NCBI GenBank assembly: GCA_039679675.1
Contig: JBDKUN010000059.1
Coordinates: forward strand, 64,001-128,000
Direction of reading: 5' to 3'
DNA length: 64,000 nucleotides
Source: Armatimonadota bacterium
Lineage (GTDB): Bacteria > Armatimonadota > UBA5829 > DTLH01
In this document: one piece after another, positions 20,165 to 30,838 of the stretch
How positions within the stretch are numbered: position 1 is the first letter of the stretch
How the letters are laid out: the number at the start of each line of letters is the position of its first letter
Notes under the pieces: generated by a model
The model's database searches: none
Told to the model about the DNA's origin: nothing
Seen by the model: the letters and a program-made list of their open reading frames with translations, nothing else
Position numbers and translations under genes: made by a program

Positions 20165-20602
20165 CTATCCTGCCAGAATTGATTTTAAGGCGTGTAGAGC
20201 CAAGATATAACTCTCGGAGCCGAAACCAGAAATTACCCCTTTTGCAACCGGAGCAGTCACGGAAACTTTTCGGAAGTCCTCTCTCGCGTAGATATTGGAC
20301 ATGTGAACCTCCACCACCGGCATGTCTACCGCTGCGAGAGCATCCCTTATTGCATAGCTGTAATGGGTATAAGCGCCGGGGTTGATAATTATGCCTCCGA
20401 CTGCCGATTTAGCCGCTTGCTGGACAGCATCTATAATCTCACCTTCGCTGTTGGACTGGTAAAACTCGACATTTATCCCAAAATCACCTGCGGCAGCATA
20501 TATCTTATTATTAACATCATCAATAGTCTGGCAGCCGTAAACATCCGGCTCGCGGGTTCCCAGCATATTCAGGTTTGGGCCATGGATAACAAGTATTTTC
20601 AT
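20165..20602 (-). CDS. aroQ: Type II 3-dehydroquinate dehydratase
   Basis: HGPNLNMLGTREP, NPGAYTHYS, EVHMSN; start set at ATG 20602. Confidence 0.97.
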   Translation of the reverse strand: MKILVIHGPNLNMLGTREPDVYGCQTIDDVNNKIYAAAGDFGINVEFYQSNSEGEIIDAVQQAAKSAVGGIIINPGAYTHYSYAIRDALAAVDMPVVEVHMSNIYAREDFRKVSVTAPVAKGVISGFGSESYILALHALKSILAG

Positions 20603-20769
20603 TCCGTCTCCTCGACCAGCATGGCTGGAACGCCGTCTTCTACAGAATACACCCTGCCGCATTTCGCACAGAACAATTTGCCATCTGTCATCTCGACTCT
20701 GGGCCGGTCTTCGCAGGCCGGACAGCGTAGCAAATCAAGCAACCTCTGATTAATTTGCTTTTCCGGCAT
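20599..20769 (-). CDS. Trm112-like small zinc-ribbon protein
   Basis: LLDLLRCPAC..CAKCGRVYSVEDGVPAML. Confidence 0.88.
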   Translation of the reverse strand: MPEKQINQRLLDLLRCPACEDRPRVEMTDGKLFCAKCGRVYSVEDGVPAMLVEETE

Positions 20770-21514
20770 CTTTGTCCTCCTTGCTCTGAGCGGTATCGAT
20801 AGTATAGGCATTAACAACACTATCAGCCGAGCCTTCCATATGGACCAACCCCTGGTCCAGCCATATGGCTCTCGACGCGACACGGCGAACGGCGGGCAGA
20901 TCGTGAGAAACAAATATTATCGTCTTCCCGAGTTTCTGAAACTCCTCGATCTTGCTGTAACACTTGGACTGGAACGCCTCGTCTCCTACTGCCAGGACTT
21001 CATCCACCAGAAGAATGTCAGGGTCTACCTGCACGGCAACAGAGAACCCAAGCCGCATGACCATTCCCTTGGAGTAGGTTTTGATCGGAGCGTCGATGAA
21101 CTTCTCAAGCTCGGCAAACTGAACTATCTCGTCAATCTTACCCTTCATATCGCGGGTCCTGATGCCAAGTATAGCCCCGTTCAGGTAAATATTCTCTATC
21201 CCGGTCAATTCTGGATGAAAACCTGCTCCAAGTTCGAGCAGAGCGGAGACTCTGCCGTGCACTATCACATTACCACTCGTCGGTTTGTATATACGGCCGA
21301 TGATCCCCAGCATCGTGCTTTTGCCCGAACCATTTTTGCCGATAACCGCCAGCGTTTCACCTTGCTTGACGGAGATATTTACCCCTTTCAGTGCCTGAAG
21401 CTCTTCTGGCTTTCTATTATAGAACGAGAGCACCATCGATTTGAGTGAATTTGACTGTCCGTGCCACAGCTTGAACGTCTTCCTCACATTCTGGATTTCG
21501 ACTGAGTATTCCAT
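20750..21514 (-). CDS. Polysaccharide ABC exporter ATPase (Wzt/TagH-like)
   Basis: GKNGSGKST, LGAGFHPELTG, YSKGM, LVDEVLAVGD; no C-terminal carbohydrate-binding extension. Confidence 0.93.
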   Translation of the reverse strand: MEYSVEIQNVRKTFKLWHGQSNSLKSMVLSFYNRKPEELQALKGVNISVKQGETLAVIGKNGSGKSTMLGIIGRIYKPTSGNVIVHGRVSALLELGAGFHPELTGIENIYLNGAILGIRTRDMKGKIDEIVQFAELEKFIDAPIKTYSKGMVMRLGFSVAVQVDPDILLVDEVLAVGDEAFQSKCYSKIEEFQKLGKTIIFVSHDLPAVRRVASRAIWLDQGLVHMEGSADSVVNAYTIDTAQSKEDKDAGKAN

Positions 21515-22359
21515 CAAATCTGCTCCGCGAAGCTCCATTTACGAGCGTTGAAGTAAGCATAGCCGAGGATTGCTGTCAAAAGTGATACGGCTCCTGCTAT
21601 CGCAAGAAACTCGTAGTTGAAAGGCAGGTCTTTTATCTCGAATGCCGTCTTCACTTGCGGCGGGACACTGTATGGCTGCAGAAGCAGCTTTCTGAACGCA
21701 ATAACGATCGTATTGAGCGGGACTAATTGATACAGCGAAAAGAAAATGCTCCGTGTCGCTGCCGGGAGCTTTGTATAGATCATCTCCGAGAGATAGATCA
21801 CAGGAGTGAGATAGAACAAAATATTGAGAAGCACTGATACTATGTACTTTATGTCTTCGTAAAACACGTTCAGGCAAGAGATAAAAAACGAAAGCCCTGT
21901 TATCAGGAGAAACTCGATCAGGATCAAAACCGGCAGTAAAAGCCATGTAGCCACAATCGGAGTGCCAATAACAAGCAGGTAGATAAAAAACACGATGATC
22001 GCAAGCAAAAAGTGAACAAGGTTTGCAATCACCATTGAAAGCGGCAGCACTTCGCGAGGAAAATAGACCTTTTTAAGCAGATCATGATGCATCAGGACTG
22101 CCTGGCTCGCGTCCATCAGGGACATTTGGAAAAACATCCATGGAAGATACGCCACCAAAAGATATGCTGAGTAGTTCGGTATCTCCACCCTCATAATATA
22201 CTTTACTACGAGCGTAATTGTTGCGACCTGCACGAGCGGATTGATGAGCGACCAGAAAAACCCCAGCACTGAGTTTTTGTAGCGCACCTTGAGGTCGCGA
22301 ACGACAAGTTGCATAAGCAGATCACGATATTTATAGAGTTCCGATAATTCCTTTATCAT
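21514..22359 (-). CDS. Polysaccharide ABC exporter permease (Wzm/TagG-like)
   Basis: RDLKVRYKNSVLGFFWSLINP, KVYFPRE, YLTPVIY. Confidence 0.93.
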   Translation of the reverse strand: MIKELSELYKYRDLLMQLVVRDLKVRYKNSVLGFFWSLINPLVQVATITLVVKYIMRVEIPNYSAYLLVAYLPWMFFQMSLMDASQAVLMHHDLLKKVYFPREVLPLSMVIANLVHFLLAIIVFFIYLLVIGTPIVATWLLLPVLILIEFLLITGLSFFISCLNVFYEDIKYIVSVLLNILFYLTPVIYLSEMIYTKLPAATRSIFFSLYQLVPLNTIVIAFRKLLLQPYSVPPQVKTAFEIKDLPFNYEFLAIAGAVSLLTAILGYAYFNARKWSFAEQI

Positions 22360-22372
22360 TTTTGTCCGTTAG

Positions 22373-22401
22373 AGTATAGATCAACCCCTGCTGCGAGTCA
22401 A
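22373..22401 (-). promoter_or_regulatory. Promoter of the wzm operon
   Basis: TTGACT-17 bp-TATACT, 13 nt before the ATG. Confidence 0.65.
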
Positions 22402-22421
22402 TTTTGTAGAAGGTACTTTCT

Positions 22422-23525
22422 CTAAAAGTTAATCTTATGCCTTCTCATACCGATTCCGACCAGAATGCCGAGAGCCATCATATTTGCAAGCAGACTGCTT
22501 CCACCATAGCTAAAAAGCGGAAGCGGAACACCTGTTACAGGCATAATTCCAAGTGTCATCCCGATATTTACGAATATATGAAACGTAAACATACACACGA
22601 TTCCGGCGGCTATAAGTCTGCCTATTTCATCCTCAGTCTCCGCCATTATTGTTAAGCCCTTCCACAGCAGGAGGAAATACATCAGTATGAGCGGTGCAGC
22701 GCCGACAAACCCCAGCTCTTCTGCTGCCACCGTGAATATGAAATCAGTGTGGTTTTCAGGAATAAATCCTAGTTGGCTCTGTGTCCCGTGAAGCCAGCCT
22801 TTGCCTGTTACCTGCCCGGAGCCGATTGCAATCCTTGATTGAACTATATGATACCCGGACCCTCTGGGGTCTGACTTCGGGTTTATAAAACTTGTGAGTC
22901 TCGCTTTCTGATAGTCCTCAAGCACTCCGACATTCAACCCGATAGCACCGATTATTACTACACCAAGTACAAATATCGCCAGATGCTTCCAGTTAGCTCC
23001 GGCGATAAACGTCATTCCGAACCAGATAGATGTCAAAACAAGCGATGTTCCTAAATCCGGTTGTTTAAAGATGAGGAGCATCGGTACAGCGACGTGGACA
23101 AAAGATAGCACGAAAGTCCCGAATTCGTTGATCTTGTCTTTGTGTTTAACCAGGAAAACAGCCAGCGTAATGATAATTGCAATCTTTGCAAACTCCGACG
23201 GCTGGATAACAAGGTTGCCGACTCCTATCCAGCGCTGAGAGCCTTTACGCTCGACACCCACAATGAAGACGCTTGCCAGAAGAAACAGGTTTATTCCATA
23301 AATCCAATTGGTGATGCGCGGATAGCTCTTATGGTCTATCGATGCGGCGACAGCAAACGCGATGCATCCGGCTACAGCCCACATTAGCTGCTTTCGGACC
23401 ATCGTCACTTCAAGTCCACTGCCCCTGCTTGCGCTATATATGATCAAAAGACCGTATGTAATAATAGCGAGCATCAGCAGGACAAGACCGATATCAAAAT
23501 TTCTAAGAAGCCTGCGTTCGACCAT
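22422..23525 (-). CDS. rodA: Rod shape-determining SEDS protein RodA
   Basis: QPSEFAK, QPDLGT, HTDFIF, GVPLPLFSYGGSS. Confidence 0.92.
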   Translation of the reverse strand: MVERRLLRNFDIGLVLLMLAIITYGLLIIYSASRGSGLEVTMVRKQLMWAVAGCIAFAVAASIDHKSYPRITNWIYGINLFLLASVFIVGVERKGSQRWIGVGNLVIQPSEFAKIAIIITLAVFLVKHKDKINEFGTFVLSFVHVAVPMLLIFKQPDLGTSLVLTSIWFGMTFIAGANWKHLAIFVLGVVIIGAIGLNVGVLEDYQKARLTSFINPKSDPRGSGYHIVQSRIAIGSGQVTGKGWLHGTQSQLGFIPENHTDFIFTVAAEELGFVGAAPLILMYFLLLWKGLTIMAETEDEIGRLIAAGIVCMFTFHIFVNIGMTLGIMPVTGVPLPLFSYGGSSLLANMMALGILVGIGMRRHKINF

Positions 23526-23628
23526 TTTGCTACTCTTTTATTATAATGTATAAACGTGTAGACTTTACAGATAGAAACGCATATTACTCAAGATTTTTAT
23601 TACTGACAGCTCTACAGGAGAACGTCTA

Positions 23629-24939
23629 TTGAAGAATACGACCATAATAACAGCTATGTTAGCGCTGTTTGCCGCAATATCGGTCTCCCCGGCAGTTGGA
23701 TCGATAAACTCGCCTGTAACATCTACAACACTTGATAACGGACTCAAAGTTCTTGTTCAGGAAGACCACTCGACAGACCTAGTTGCCGTAGATATATGGA
23801 TAAAAGCCGGCAGCATCGATGAGACAGCAGCAACAAACGGTGTTTCACATTTCATTGAACACCTTCTGTTTAAAGCCACAGAAAAACGCAATCCCGGACA
23901 GGTCGATATGGAGATAGAGAGCATCGGTGCCAGTCTCGAAGCAAAGACAGGTAAAGACTGGACTCACTGTTTCACGGTTGTCGCCCGCCGATACCTGGAC
24001 AAGTCTCTAGATATTATGGCCGATGTCGTTACGGGGCCCAAATTTGATCCGGGAGATATAGAACACGAGCGCCGTATTATCATGGACGAAATAGCCAGGA
24101 AGGAGAGTAACCCCACCTCCGTTCTGCAGGACCTTTTGTATTCTGCTGCGTATAAATCACATCCATATGGCATGCCTGTCGAAGGCACCAAAGATTCTGT
24201 GTCTAAGGTTACACGTGAAACTATTACAGAATTTTACAACAGACTGTACGTGCCGGAGAACATGGCAGTAGTTCTGGTCGGCGATATATCACCGGATGAA
24301 GCCCTCACAGCAGTCAAAAAAGCATTTGTTGGATTTAGGAAGAAGCCTCTCATCGAAAGCCCGATTGCGCAGGAACCGGTAAGGACTGAGCAGGTGCGGA
24401 AAACGGTGCACTCAAACACAAAACTAGCTTATTTAGGTATCGCCTTCCCGGCACCGTCTATCAAAAACCGTCCTGATGTGTATGCAATGGACCTTCTTAT
24501 GTCATATCTAGGCCTCGGTTATCAGAGCTGGCTTTCGACAGAATTGAAAAGCAACCAGCGGCTTGTTGTAGATGCATCCAGCGATTTTTTGACGCAAAGA
24601 GATCCAGGACTCGCCATTTTGACAATTTCGTCAGAACCCGACAAGGTCACAAAAGCTGAAGAAGCTATTTTTAGCAAAATAGCTGATCTCAGGACCAATA
24701 AAATAGAGGAAACAGACCTTGCCAGGGCAAGAAGATCACTGGAAGGTGGGTTCGCGTTCGATACCGAGACATTCGCTGGCCGGGCCTCTACCATTGGTTT
24801 CTATGAAGCCACGGACAAATTCGATCTCGCTCAGTCTTATATCGAAAACATCCGAAAAGTCACACCGGATGATGTCCTTTTCCTGGCAAAGAAGTATCTT
24901 GACCCAAATAAAGCTGTCGTCGTGACACTCGGACCGTAA
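23629..24939 (+). CDS. M16 zinc peptidase, catalytic subunit, exported
   Basis: HFIEH (HxxEH), LDNGLKV, HPYG; signal peptide. Confidence 0.92.
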   Translation: MKNTTIITAMLALFAAISVSPAVGSINSPVTSTTLDNGLKVLVQEDHSTDLVAVDIWIKAGSIDETAATNGVSHFIEHLLFKATEKRNPGQVDMEIESIGASLEAKTGKDWTHCFTVVARRYLDKSLDIMADVVTGPKFDPGDIEHERRIIMDEIARKESNPTSVLQDLLYSAAYKSHPYGMPVEGTKDSVSKVTRETITEFYNRLYVPENMAVVLVGDISPDEALTAVKKAFVGFRKKPLIESPIAQEPVRTEQVRKTVHSNTKLAYLGIAFPAPSIKNRPDVYAMDLLMSYLGLGYQSWLSTELKSNQRLVVDASSDFLTQRDPGLAILTISSEPDKVTKAEEAIFSKIADLRTNKIEETDLARARRSLEGGFAFDTETFAGRASTIGFYEATDKFDLAQSYIENIRKVTPDDVLFLAKKYLDPNKAVVVTLGP

Positions 24940-24962
24940 TATAAACTGGAGAATTGCTGAAT

Positions 24963-26315
24963 ATGTCTACTTACAGGAGTTTTATCCCAATACTAGCGCT
25001 TTTTATCCTGAGCTTTGCATTTTCCGCAACTGCAGCCGATTCGCCCAAATTCACCAAAACGGTCCTGCCTAACGGATTGACGGTTATCGTAAAACCGGAA
25101 GAAAGCGCAGGAATAGTCGCAATCGAAGTTTTTATTAAGGCGGGTGCTGCCGAGGAACGGGAATCGAATGCAGGAATAGGCAATTTGATTGCGCACACTC
25201 TCCTTGCCAGCACCAGGAACAAACGTGCCGAAAAGGTTGCTGCGATTGCAGATGAAGTGGGTGGAAACCTGCAGACCGAGTGGAATCCCGACTATACCGA
25301 GATCAAGACTATAACGACAACGCCCGAATTCGATGACGCAGTTATTCTATTGGGCGATATTCTTAATAACGCCAATTTCGAGCAAAAATGGGTAGACCGC
25401 GCAAGACAGGAAATGCTTACCGAAATGGCTGCCGAAGACGATGACATTTTTGACGCTACCTGCGAGCAGATCAGGCAGCGGCTTTACAGTGACAACCCAT
25501 ACCATCGTCCTGCAAGCGGCTATGTGAGGACGCTTCAAAGTCTGACACCGGACGACCTTCAAAAGTTCTATAACCAGTATTATGTTCCGAATAATATAGT
25601 GATAGCTGTGGTCGGCGATGTTAAGACAGATCATGCGGTGAAAATGTTCTCGATGGCCTTTGCGGGTATCAGTTCGAAGACTCTGCCGAAACAGCGCCCG
25701 ATCCCTGAAGAATCTCTTGCAGAATCGAAGAGCGACCTGCTGGAACGGCCTATAGGTGCAGCTTATATTCTTTTCGGGTTCCTTGCCCCGTCGATCAAGT
25801 CACCGGATTACCCGGCGGCGAGAGTAGCCGCAGTTGCGCTGGGGAGCGGTAAGGGATCAAGAATGTTTCAGAACATCCGCGAGAAGCAGGGGCTTGCCTA
25901 TGAGCTTGGTACAGTTTATCCGATGATGAAGGAACAGAGCCACATACTCGTCTATCTGGTGACAGACCCTTATAAGCTCACATATCCGGGACTCACAATC
26001 GAGATGACCCTTGAAGATGTAAAAAAAGCTGTTCTGGCTGAGATTAACAAAATGCAGAACGAACCGCTTACAAATGAAGAATTGGAACGTGCAAAGCGTT
26101 ATACTATAGGCACATACGCGCTCTCTCATCAGCGGATTCGTGAGCGGGCGTTCCACCTTGGGTGGACAGAAGCAATTGGACTTGGCTGCGAGTACGATTC
26201 AGAGTATTCCTCGGATATAGAGGCCGTGACAGCCGCCGATGTACAGCGTATTGCAAAAAAGTATCTGAATAACTATGCAATGACAATCGTTCTGCCGGAA
26301 GCAATAGAAAAGTAG
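24963..26315 (+). CDS. M16 peptidase, non-catalytic partner subunit, exported
   Basis: LPNGLTV and [15 protein letters not shown]; HxxEH absent. Confidence 0.9.
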   Translation: MSTYRSFIPILALFILSFAFSATAADSPKFTKTVLPNGLTVIVKPEESAGIVAIEVFIKAGAAEERESNAGIGNLIAHTLLASTRNKRAEKVAAIADEVGGNLQTEWNPDYTEIKTITTTPEFDDAVILLGDILNNANFEQKWVDRARQEMLTEMAAEDDDIFDATCEQIRQRLYSDNPYHRPASGYVRTLQSLTPDDLQKFYNQYYVPNNIVIAVVGDVKTDHAVKMFSMAFAGISSKTLPKQRPIPEESLAESKSDLLERPIGAAYILFGFLAPSIKSPDYPAARVAAVALGSGKGSRMFQNIREKQGLAYELGTVYPMMKEQSHILVYLVTDPYKLTYPGLTIEMTLEDVKKAVLAEINKMQNEPLTNEELERAKRYTIGTYALSHQRIRERAFHLGWTEAIGLGCEYDSEYSSDIEAVTAADVQRIAKKYLNNYAMTIVLPEAIEK

Positions 26316-26394
26316 CCTTCTTCTATCATCCAGAGAAGGATTATTGTCATGTAAGCAAGAAAAGGTAAGAAAACACGAAACAGGTAACAGAAAT

Positions 26395-27951
26395 ATGGTT
26401 CGACGCATAAGGATATTTGATACAACACTCCGCGACGGTGAGCAATCTCCCGGTGCGAGCATGAATATCGAGGAAAAGCTGGAGGTTGCGCGCCAGCTTG
26501 CAAGGCTTAAGGTCGATGTGATCGAAGCCGGATTTCCGATATCTTCCCCCGGTGATTTCGAAGCTGTGAAAGCCATCGCTGAAACAATAAAAGGTCCAGC
26601 TATCGCCGGTTTGTGCCGTGCGAACAAGGCGGACATCGACCGCGCCTGGGAAGCATTGCAGTTTACCAAAAAACCGGTGATCCATACGTTTATTGCTACG
26701 TCTGATATCCATCTTGAAAAGAAACTTAAAAAGTCGCGGGAAGAAGTGCTGGAAATCGCACAGATGGCTGTGAAGCATGCTAAGAGCTATACAGACAATG
26801 TGGAGTTCTCCGCAGAAGACGCATCCCGCACAGACTTTGATTATCTCTGCCAGGTGGTGGAAGCTGTAATCGATGCAGGTGCGACTGTAGTGAATATCCC
26901 GGATACTGTCGGCTATGCGTTACCAAGCGAATTTGGAGAAATGATCCGAAAGCTCATCAAAAAGGTGCCGAATTCGAAAAATGCTGTTTTCAGCGTCCAC
27001 TGCCACAATGACCTCGGTCTTGCAACAGCCAATACGCTCTCAGCCGTTATGAGCGGCGCAGGACAGGTCGAGTGTACCATCAATGGCATTGGCGAACGCG
27101 CCGGGAATGCTGCGCTCGAAGAAATTGTGATGGCTATCAGCACGCGCGCAGACCTGATGGACATTAAGACCAATATAAACACAAAGGAAATCCATCGCGC
27201 GAGCCGCCTTGTTTCCGATGTTACCGGCCTCGCAGTGCAAGTGAACAAAGCTATAGTCGGCGCAAACGCCTTCGCCCATGAAGCAGGTATCCACCAGCAC
27301 GGCGTAATGCAGGAGAAGCGGACTTACGAGATAATGGATGCCGAGTCTGTAGGTCTCACCGAAAGCAGGTTGATCCTCGGTAAGCATTCCGGCAGGCATG
27401 CGTTTGAAGAAAAGCTCAAATCGCTCGGCTATCAACTGAATAAAGCCGAACTTGAAAAGGCATTCGAACGTTTTAAAGGACTCGCTGACAAGAAAAAAGA
27501 GATTTTCAACGAGGATATAGAGACGATAGTCGCTCACGAAGTGCGCGCCATCTCAGCTAAATACCTGCTGGAGTGTATGAACGTTATGACCAGCCTGGAT
27601 GGTATCCCGACTGCGACGATCCGCCTGAAGAGCGATGGTGCGGACATCTTGGATGCGGGTATCGGCATCGGCTCGGTCGACGCTGTCTACAAAACGATCG
27701 ACAAGATGGTTGATGCCGAGTATACACTGCTCGATTATGTCGTGAAAGCCGTCACCGGCGGCACCGATGCGCTTGGTGAGGTAACAGTGAAACTGTCTGC
27801 TCCTGACGGTGAAGTCTACACCGGCCGCGGCGCAAGCCTGGATATAGTTGAGGCGAGCGCTAAGGCGTATCTAAACGCGATCAACAAGCTGGTCTACTAT
27901 GAAGAAAAACACGGCAGCAGCGGGAAACCGAAAGAAAAGCCGTCATTGTAA
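26395..27951 (+). CDS. leuA: 2-isopropylmalate synthase
   Basis: [28 protein letters not shown]-terminal regulatory domain. Confidence 0.96.
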   Translation: MVRRIRIFDTTLRDGEQSPGASMNIEEKLEVARQLARLKVDVIEAGFPISSPGDFEAVKAIAETIKGPAIAGLCRANKADIDRAWEALQFTKKPVIHTFIATSDIHLEKKLKKSREEVLEIAQMAVKHAKSYTDNVEFSAEDASRTDFDYLCQVVEAVIDAGATVVNIPDTVGYALPSEFGEMIRKLIKKVPNSKNAVFSVHCHNDLGLATANTLSAVMSGAGQVECTINGIGERAGNAALEEIVMAISTRADLMDIKTNINTKEIHRASRLVSDVTGLAVQVNKAIVGANAFAHEAGIHQHGVMQEKRTYEIMDAESVGLTESRLILGKHSGRHAFEEKLKSLGYQLNKAELEKAFERFKGLADKKKEIFNEDIETIVAHEVRAISAKYLLECMNVMTSLDGIPTATIRLKSDGADILDAGIGIGSVDAVYKTIDKMVDAEYTLLDYVVKAVTGGTDALGEVTVKLSAPDGEVYTGRGASLDIVEASAKAYLNAINKLVYYEEKHGSSGKPKEKPSL

Positions 27952-27966
27952 TCGAAGAGAAATTGT

Positions 27967-29229
27967 ATGAAACAAACTATAACTCAAAAAATACTGGCTG
28001 CACATACCGGTAAGGATGTTGTCGAACCTGGCGAGCTGATCAATGCACGGCTCGATCTGGTGCTGGGGAATGACATTACCGCGCCTATCGCTATCCGTGA
28101 GTTCGAGAGAATTGGCGCCGAGACGGTATTCGACAACGAGAGAGTCGCGCTCGTACCGGACCACTCTACTCCGAATAAGGACATAAAGTCTGCTGAACTC
28201 GTAAAGATAATGCGGGAGTTCGCCCACAAGCACAATATCAAGCACTATTACGAAATCGGCAGGATGGGCATAGAGCACACATTGCTTCCTGACGAGGGGC
28301 TTTTAGGTCCCGGGGATGTAATTATCGGTGCAGACTCGCATACCTGCACATACGGCGCACTTGGTGCATTCTCGACAGGCGTCGGCTCTACTGACCTCGG
28401 CTGCGCAATGGCGCTCGGTGAGACATGGTTCAAAGTACCCGAGCAGATCAAGTTCGTATATTATGGCAGACTCCCGAAATGGGTCAGCGGCAAAGACTTG
28501 ATCCTCTACACTATCGGAAAGATAGGTGTAGATGGTGCGTTATATTGTTCAATGGAATTTACCGGAGAGGCAATCTCTGACCTTGATATGGCAGGCCGGT
28601 TCACGATGTGCAATATGGCAATCGAGGCCGGGGGCAAGAACGGGATCATCGAACCGGATGAAAAGACTCTGGCTTATGTCCAGGGGCGCGCAATCCGCCC
28701 GTATAAAGTCTATAAGAGCGACCAAGACGCGCAGTACAAGGAAATAGTCGAGATCGATTGTTCCAAACTTGAGCCTGTTGTCAGCTTCCCTCACCTGCCG
28801 GAGAACGCAAAGCCGGTCAGCGAGTCTACACATGTGAAGATAGACCAGTCCGTCATCGGCTCATGCACGAACGGACGCATTGAAGACTTGCGCATAGCCG
28901 CAATGGTTTTGAAAGGCCATAAGGTCCATCCCGATGTGAGGCTGATCGTAATTCCTGCGACGCAGGAGATATATTTGCAGTCGGTCAGAGAAGGCCTTAC
29001 CGAGGTTTTCGTGGAAGCCGGCGGTGTTGTCAGCACTCCGACCTGCGGGCCATGCCTTGGCGGCCACATGGGCGTTCTCGCAGAAGGTGAGCGTGCTGTC
29101 GCGACCACAAACCGCAACTTTGTCGGGCGAATGGGACACGCGAAGTCGGAAGTCTATCTGGCCAGCCCTGCTGTCGCTGCTGCCAGTGCCGTGCTTGGGA
29201 GGCTTGGAAGCCCTGAGGAGCTGGATTAA
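27967..29229 (+). CDS. leuC: 3-isopropylmalate dehydratase large subunit
   Basis: [30 protein letters not shown]. Confidence 0.95.
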   Translation: MKQTITQKILAAHTGKDVVEPGELINARLDLVLGNDITAPIAIREFERIGAETVFDNERVALVPDHSTPNKDIKSAELVKIMREFAHKHNIKHYYEIGRMGIEHTLLPDEGLLGPGDVIIGADSHTCTYGALGAFSTGVGSTDLGCAMALGETWFKVPEQIKFVYYGRLPKWVSGKDLILYTIGKIGVDGALYCSMEFTGEAISDLDMAGRFTMCNMAIEAGGKNGIIEPDEKTLAYVQGRAIRPYKVYKSDQDAQYKEIVEIDCSKLEPVVSFPHLPENAKPVSESTHVKIDQSVIGSCTNGRIEDLRIAAMVLKGHKVHPDVRLIVIPATQEIYLQSVREGLTEVFVEAGGVVSTPTCGPCLGGHMGVLAEGERAVATTNRNFVGRMGHAKSEVYLASPAVAAASAVLGRLGSPEELD

Positions 29230-29230
29230 A

Positions 29231-29725
29231 ATGATTAAAGGAACAGTACATAAATACGGATCAGATGTCGACACGGATGTCATCATACCGGCGCGTTACT
29301 TAAATACGAGTGATCCAAAGGAACTTGCATCACATTGTCTGGAAGACATTGACTCGAAATTTGTGAAGAAGGTTCAGCCCGGCGATGTAATCGTTGCGGA
29401 GGACAATTTCGGCTGCGGATCATCCCGTGAACATGCACCGATTTCGATAAAAGCCTCAGGCGTTTCCTGCGTTATTGCAAACACGTTTGCAAGGATATTC
29501 TATCGCAATGCGATCAATATCGGTCTTCCGATTTTTGAGTGTCCTGAAGCGGTCGCAGGGATAGCAAAAGGCGATACCATTGAAGCCGATCTTGAATCAG
29601 GCCGCATAATGAATGTTACCACTGGAAAATCGTGGCAGGCGAAGCCGTTTCCACCATTCATGAGGCAGCTGATCGATGCCGGTGGGCTTGTAAACTATGC
29701 AAAAACTAAATTTCGGAGCAGATAG
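29231..29725 (+). CDS. leuD: 3-isopropylmalate dehydratase small subunit
   Basis: [23 protein letters not shown]; start at ATG 29231. Confidence 0.95.
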   Translation: MIKGTVHKYGSDVDTDVIIPARYLNTSDPKELASHCLEDIDSKFVKKVQPGDVIVAEDNFGCGSSREHAPISIKASGVSCVIANTFARIFYRNAINIGLPIFECPEAVAGIAKGDTIEADLESGRIMNVTTGKSWQAKPFPPFMRQLIDAGGLVNYAKTKFRSR

Positions 29726-29727
29726 AT

Positions 29728-30813
29728 ATGCCATATACTATAGCGGTGCTTCCCGGTGATGGAATCGGGGTTGAGATCATTCCGCAGGGAATAAAAGCAC
29801 TGAATGCAGCTGCCAAGAAGCTTGGACTGGAAATAGAATATCAGGAAGCGCTATTTGGGGGAGCAGCAATTGATGCCACAGGCGTACCACTTCCTGATGA
29901 CACCCTCAAACTGTGTCTTGAAAGCGATGCGGTCTTTTTGGGAGCTGTCGGCGGCCCTAAATGGGATACTTTCGAACCGGCGCACTTAAGACCGGAACGA
30001 GGAGGACTCCTCCGGCTTAGAAAAGCACTCAGCGTGTATGCAAACCTGCGTCCGGTAGCTGTCTTCAGCGCACTTGCAGAAGGATCCTGCTTGAGACCGG
30101 AGAAAGTCAAAGATGGGGTCAATCTTTTAATCGTTCGAGAACTCACCGGCGGTATTTACTTCGGCCAGCCGAAGGAACGCCGTATGATTGACGGTGAACA
30201 GGTTGCAGTCGATACTTGCATTTACAGCGTTAATGAGATCGAGCGTGTAGCGCATGTCGCATTCAAGCAGGCGATGCACCGCCGAAACAAGGTCACATCC
30301 GTCGACAAGCAGAACGCGATGGAGACTTCCCGGCTGTGGCGCGAAGTCGTAAGCAGAGTTGCATCACAGTATCCTAAAGTCGAACTTAATCATATGCTTG
30401 CCGATAATTGCGCGATGCAGCTCCTACGCGATCCGAAGCAGTTTGATGTGATTCTCACAGACAATCTTTTTGGAGACATATTGAGTGACGAGGCATCGAT
30501 GCTTCCCGGTTCACTTGGAGTGTTGCCATCTGCGAGCATCGGAGACGGCAATGCCGGGCTTTATGAGCCGATTCATGGATCCGCGCCGGATATAGCAGGC
30601 AAAAACATCGCAAATCCCATAGCGACAATCCTCACCGCTGCAATGATACTGGAACATGCCTGCGATAGCCATGCTGGTGCGGTAATGATCCGACAGGCAG
30701 CTGAGAAGGTACTGAATAACGGCTACCGGACAGTTGATATTGCTGCGGATGGGTGTAAGACTATCGGCTGCGAGGAAATGGGCAATCTCATAGCCGAAGC
30801 TATATTGGTTTAG
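29728..30813 (+). CDS. leuB: 3-isopropylmalate dehydrogenase
   Basis: GDGIG, RELTGGIYFG, NLFGDILSDEAS, EPIHGSAPDIAG. Confidence 0.97.
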   Translation: MPYTIAVLPGDGIGVEIIPQGIKALNAAAKKLGLEIEYQEALFGGAAIDATGVPLPDDTLKLCLESDAVFLGAVGGPKWDTFEPAHLRPERGGLLRLRKALSVYANLRPVAVFSALAEGSCLRPEKVKDGVNLLIVRELTGGIYFGQPKERRMIDGEQVAVDTCIYSVNEIERVAHVAFKQAMHRRNKVTSVDKQNAMETSRLWREVVSRVASQYPKVELNHMLADNCAMQLLRDPKQFDVILTDNLFGDILSDEASMLPGSLGVLPSASIGDGNAGLYEPIHGSAPDIAGKNIANPIATILTAAMILEHACDSHAGAVMIRQAAEKVLNNGYRTVDIAADGCKTIGCEEMGNLIAEAILV

Positions 30814-30838
30814 AGAATATCACCGATTAAAGAATATT

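Noticed and set aside
26316..26394. Leucine attenuator or T-box before leuA
   Set aside because: The gap is short, with no Leu-rich leader peptide or T-box motif.
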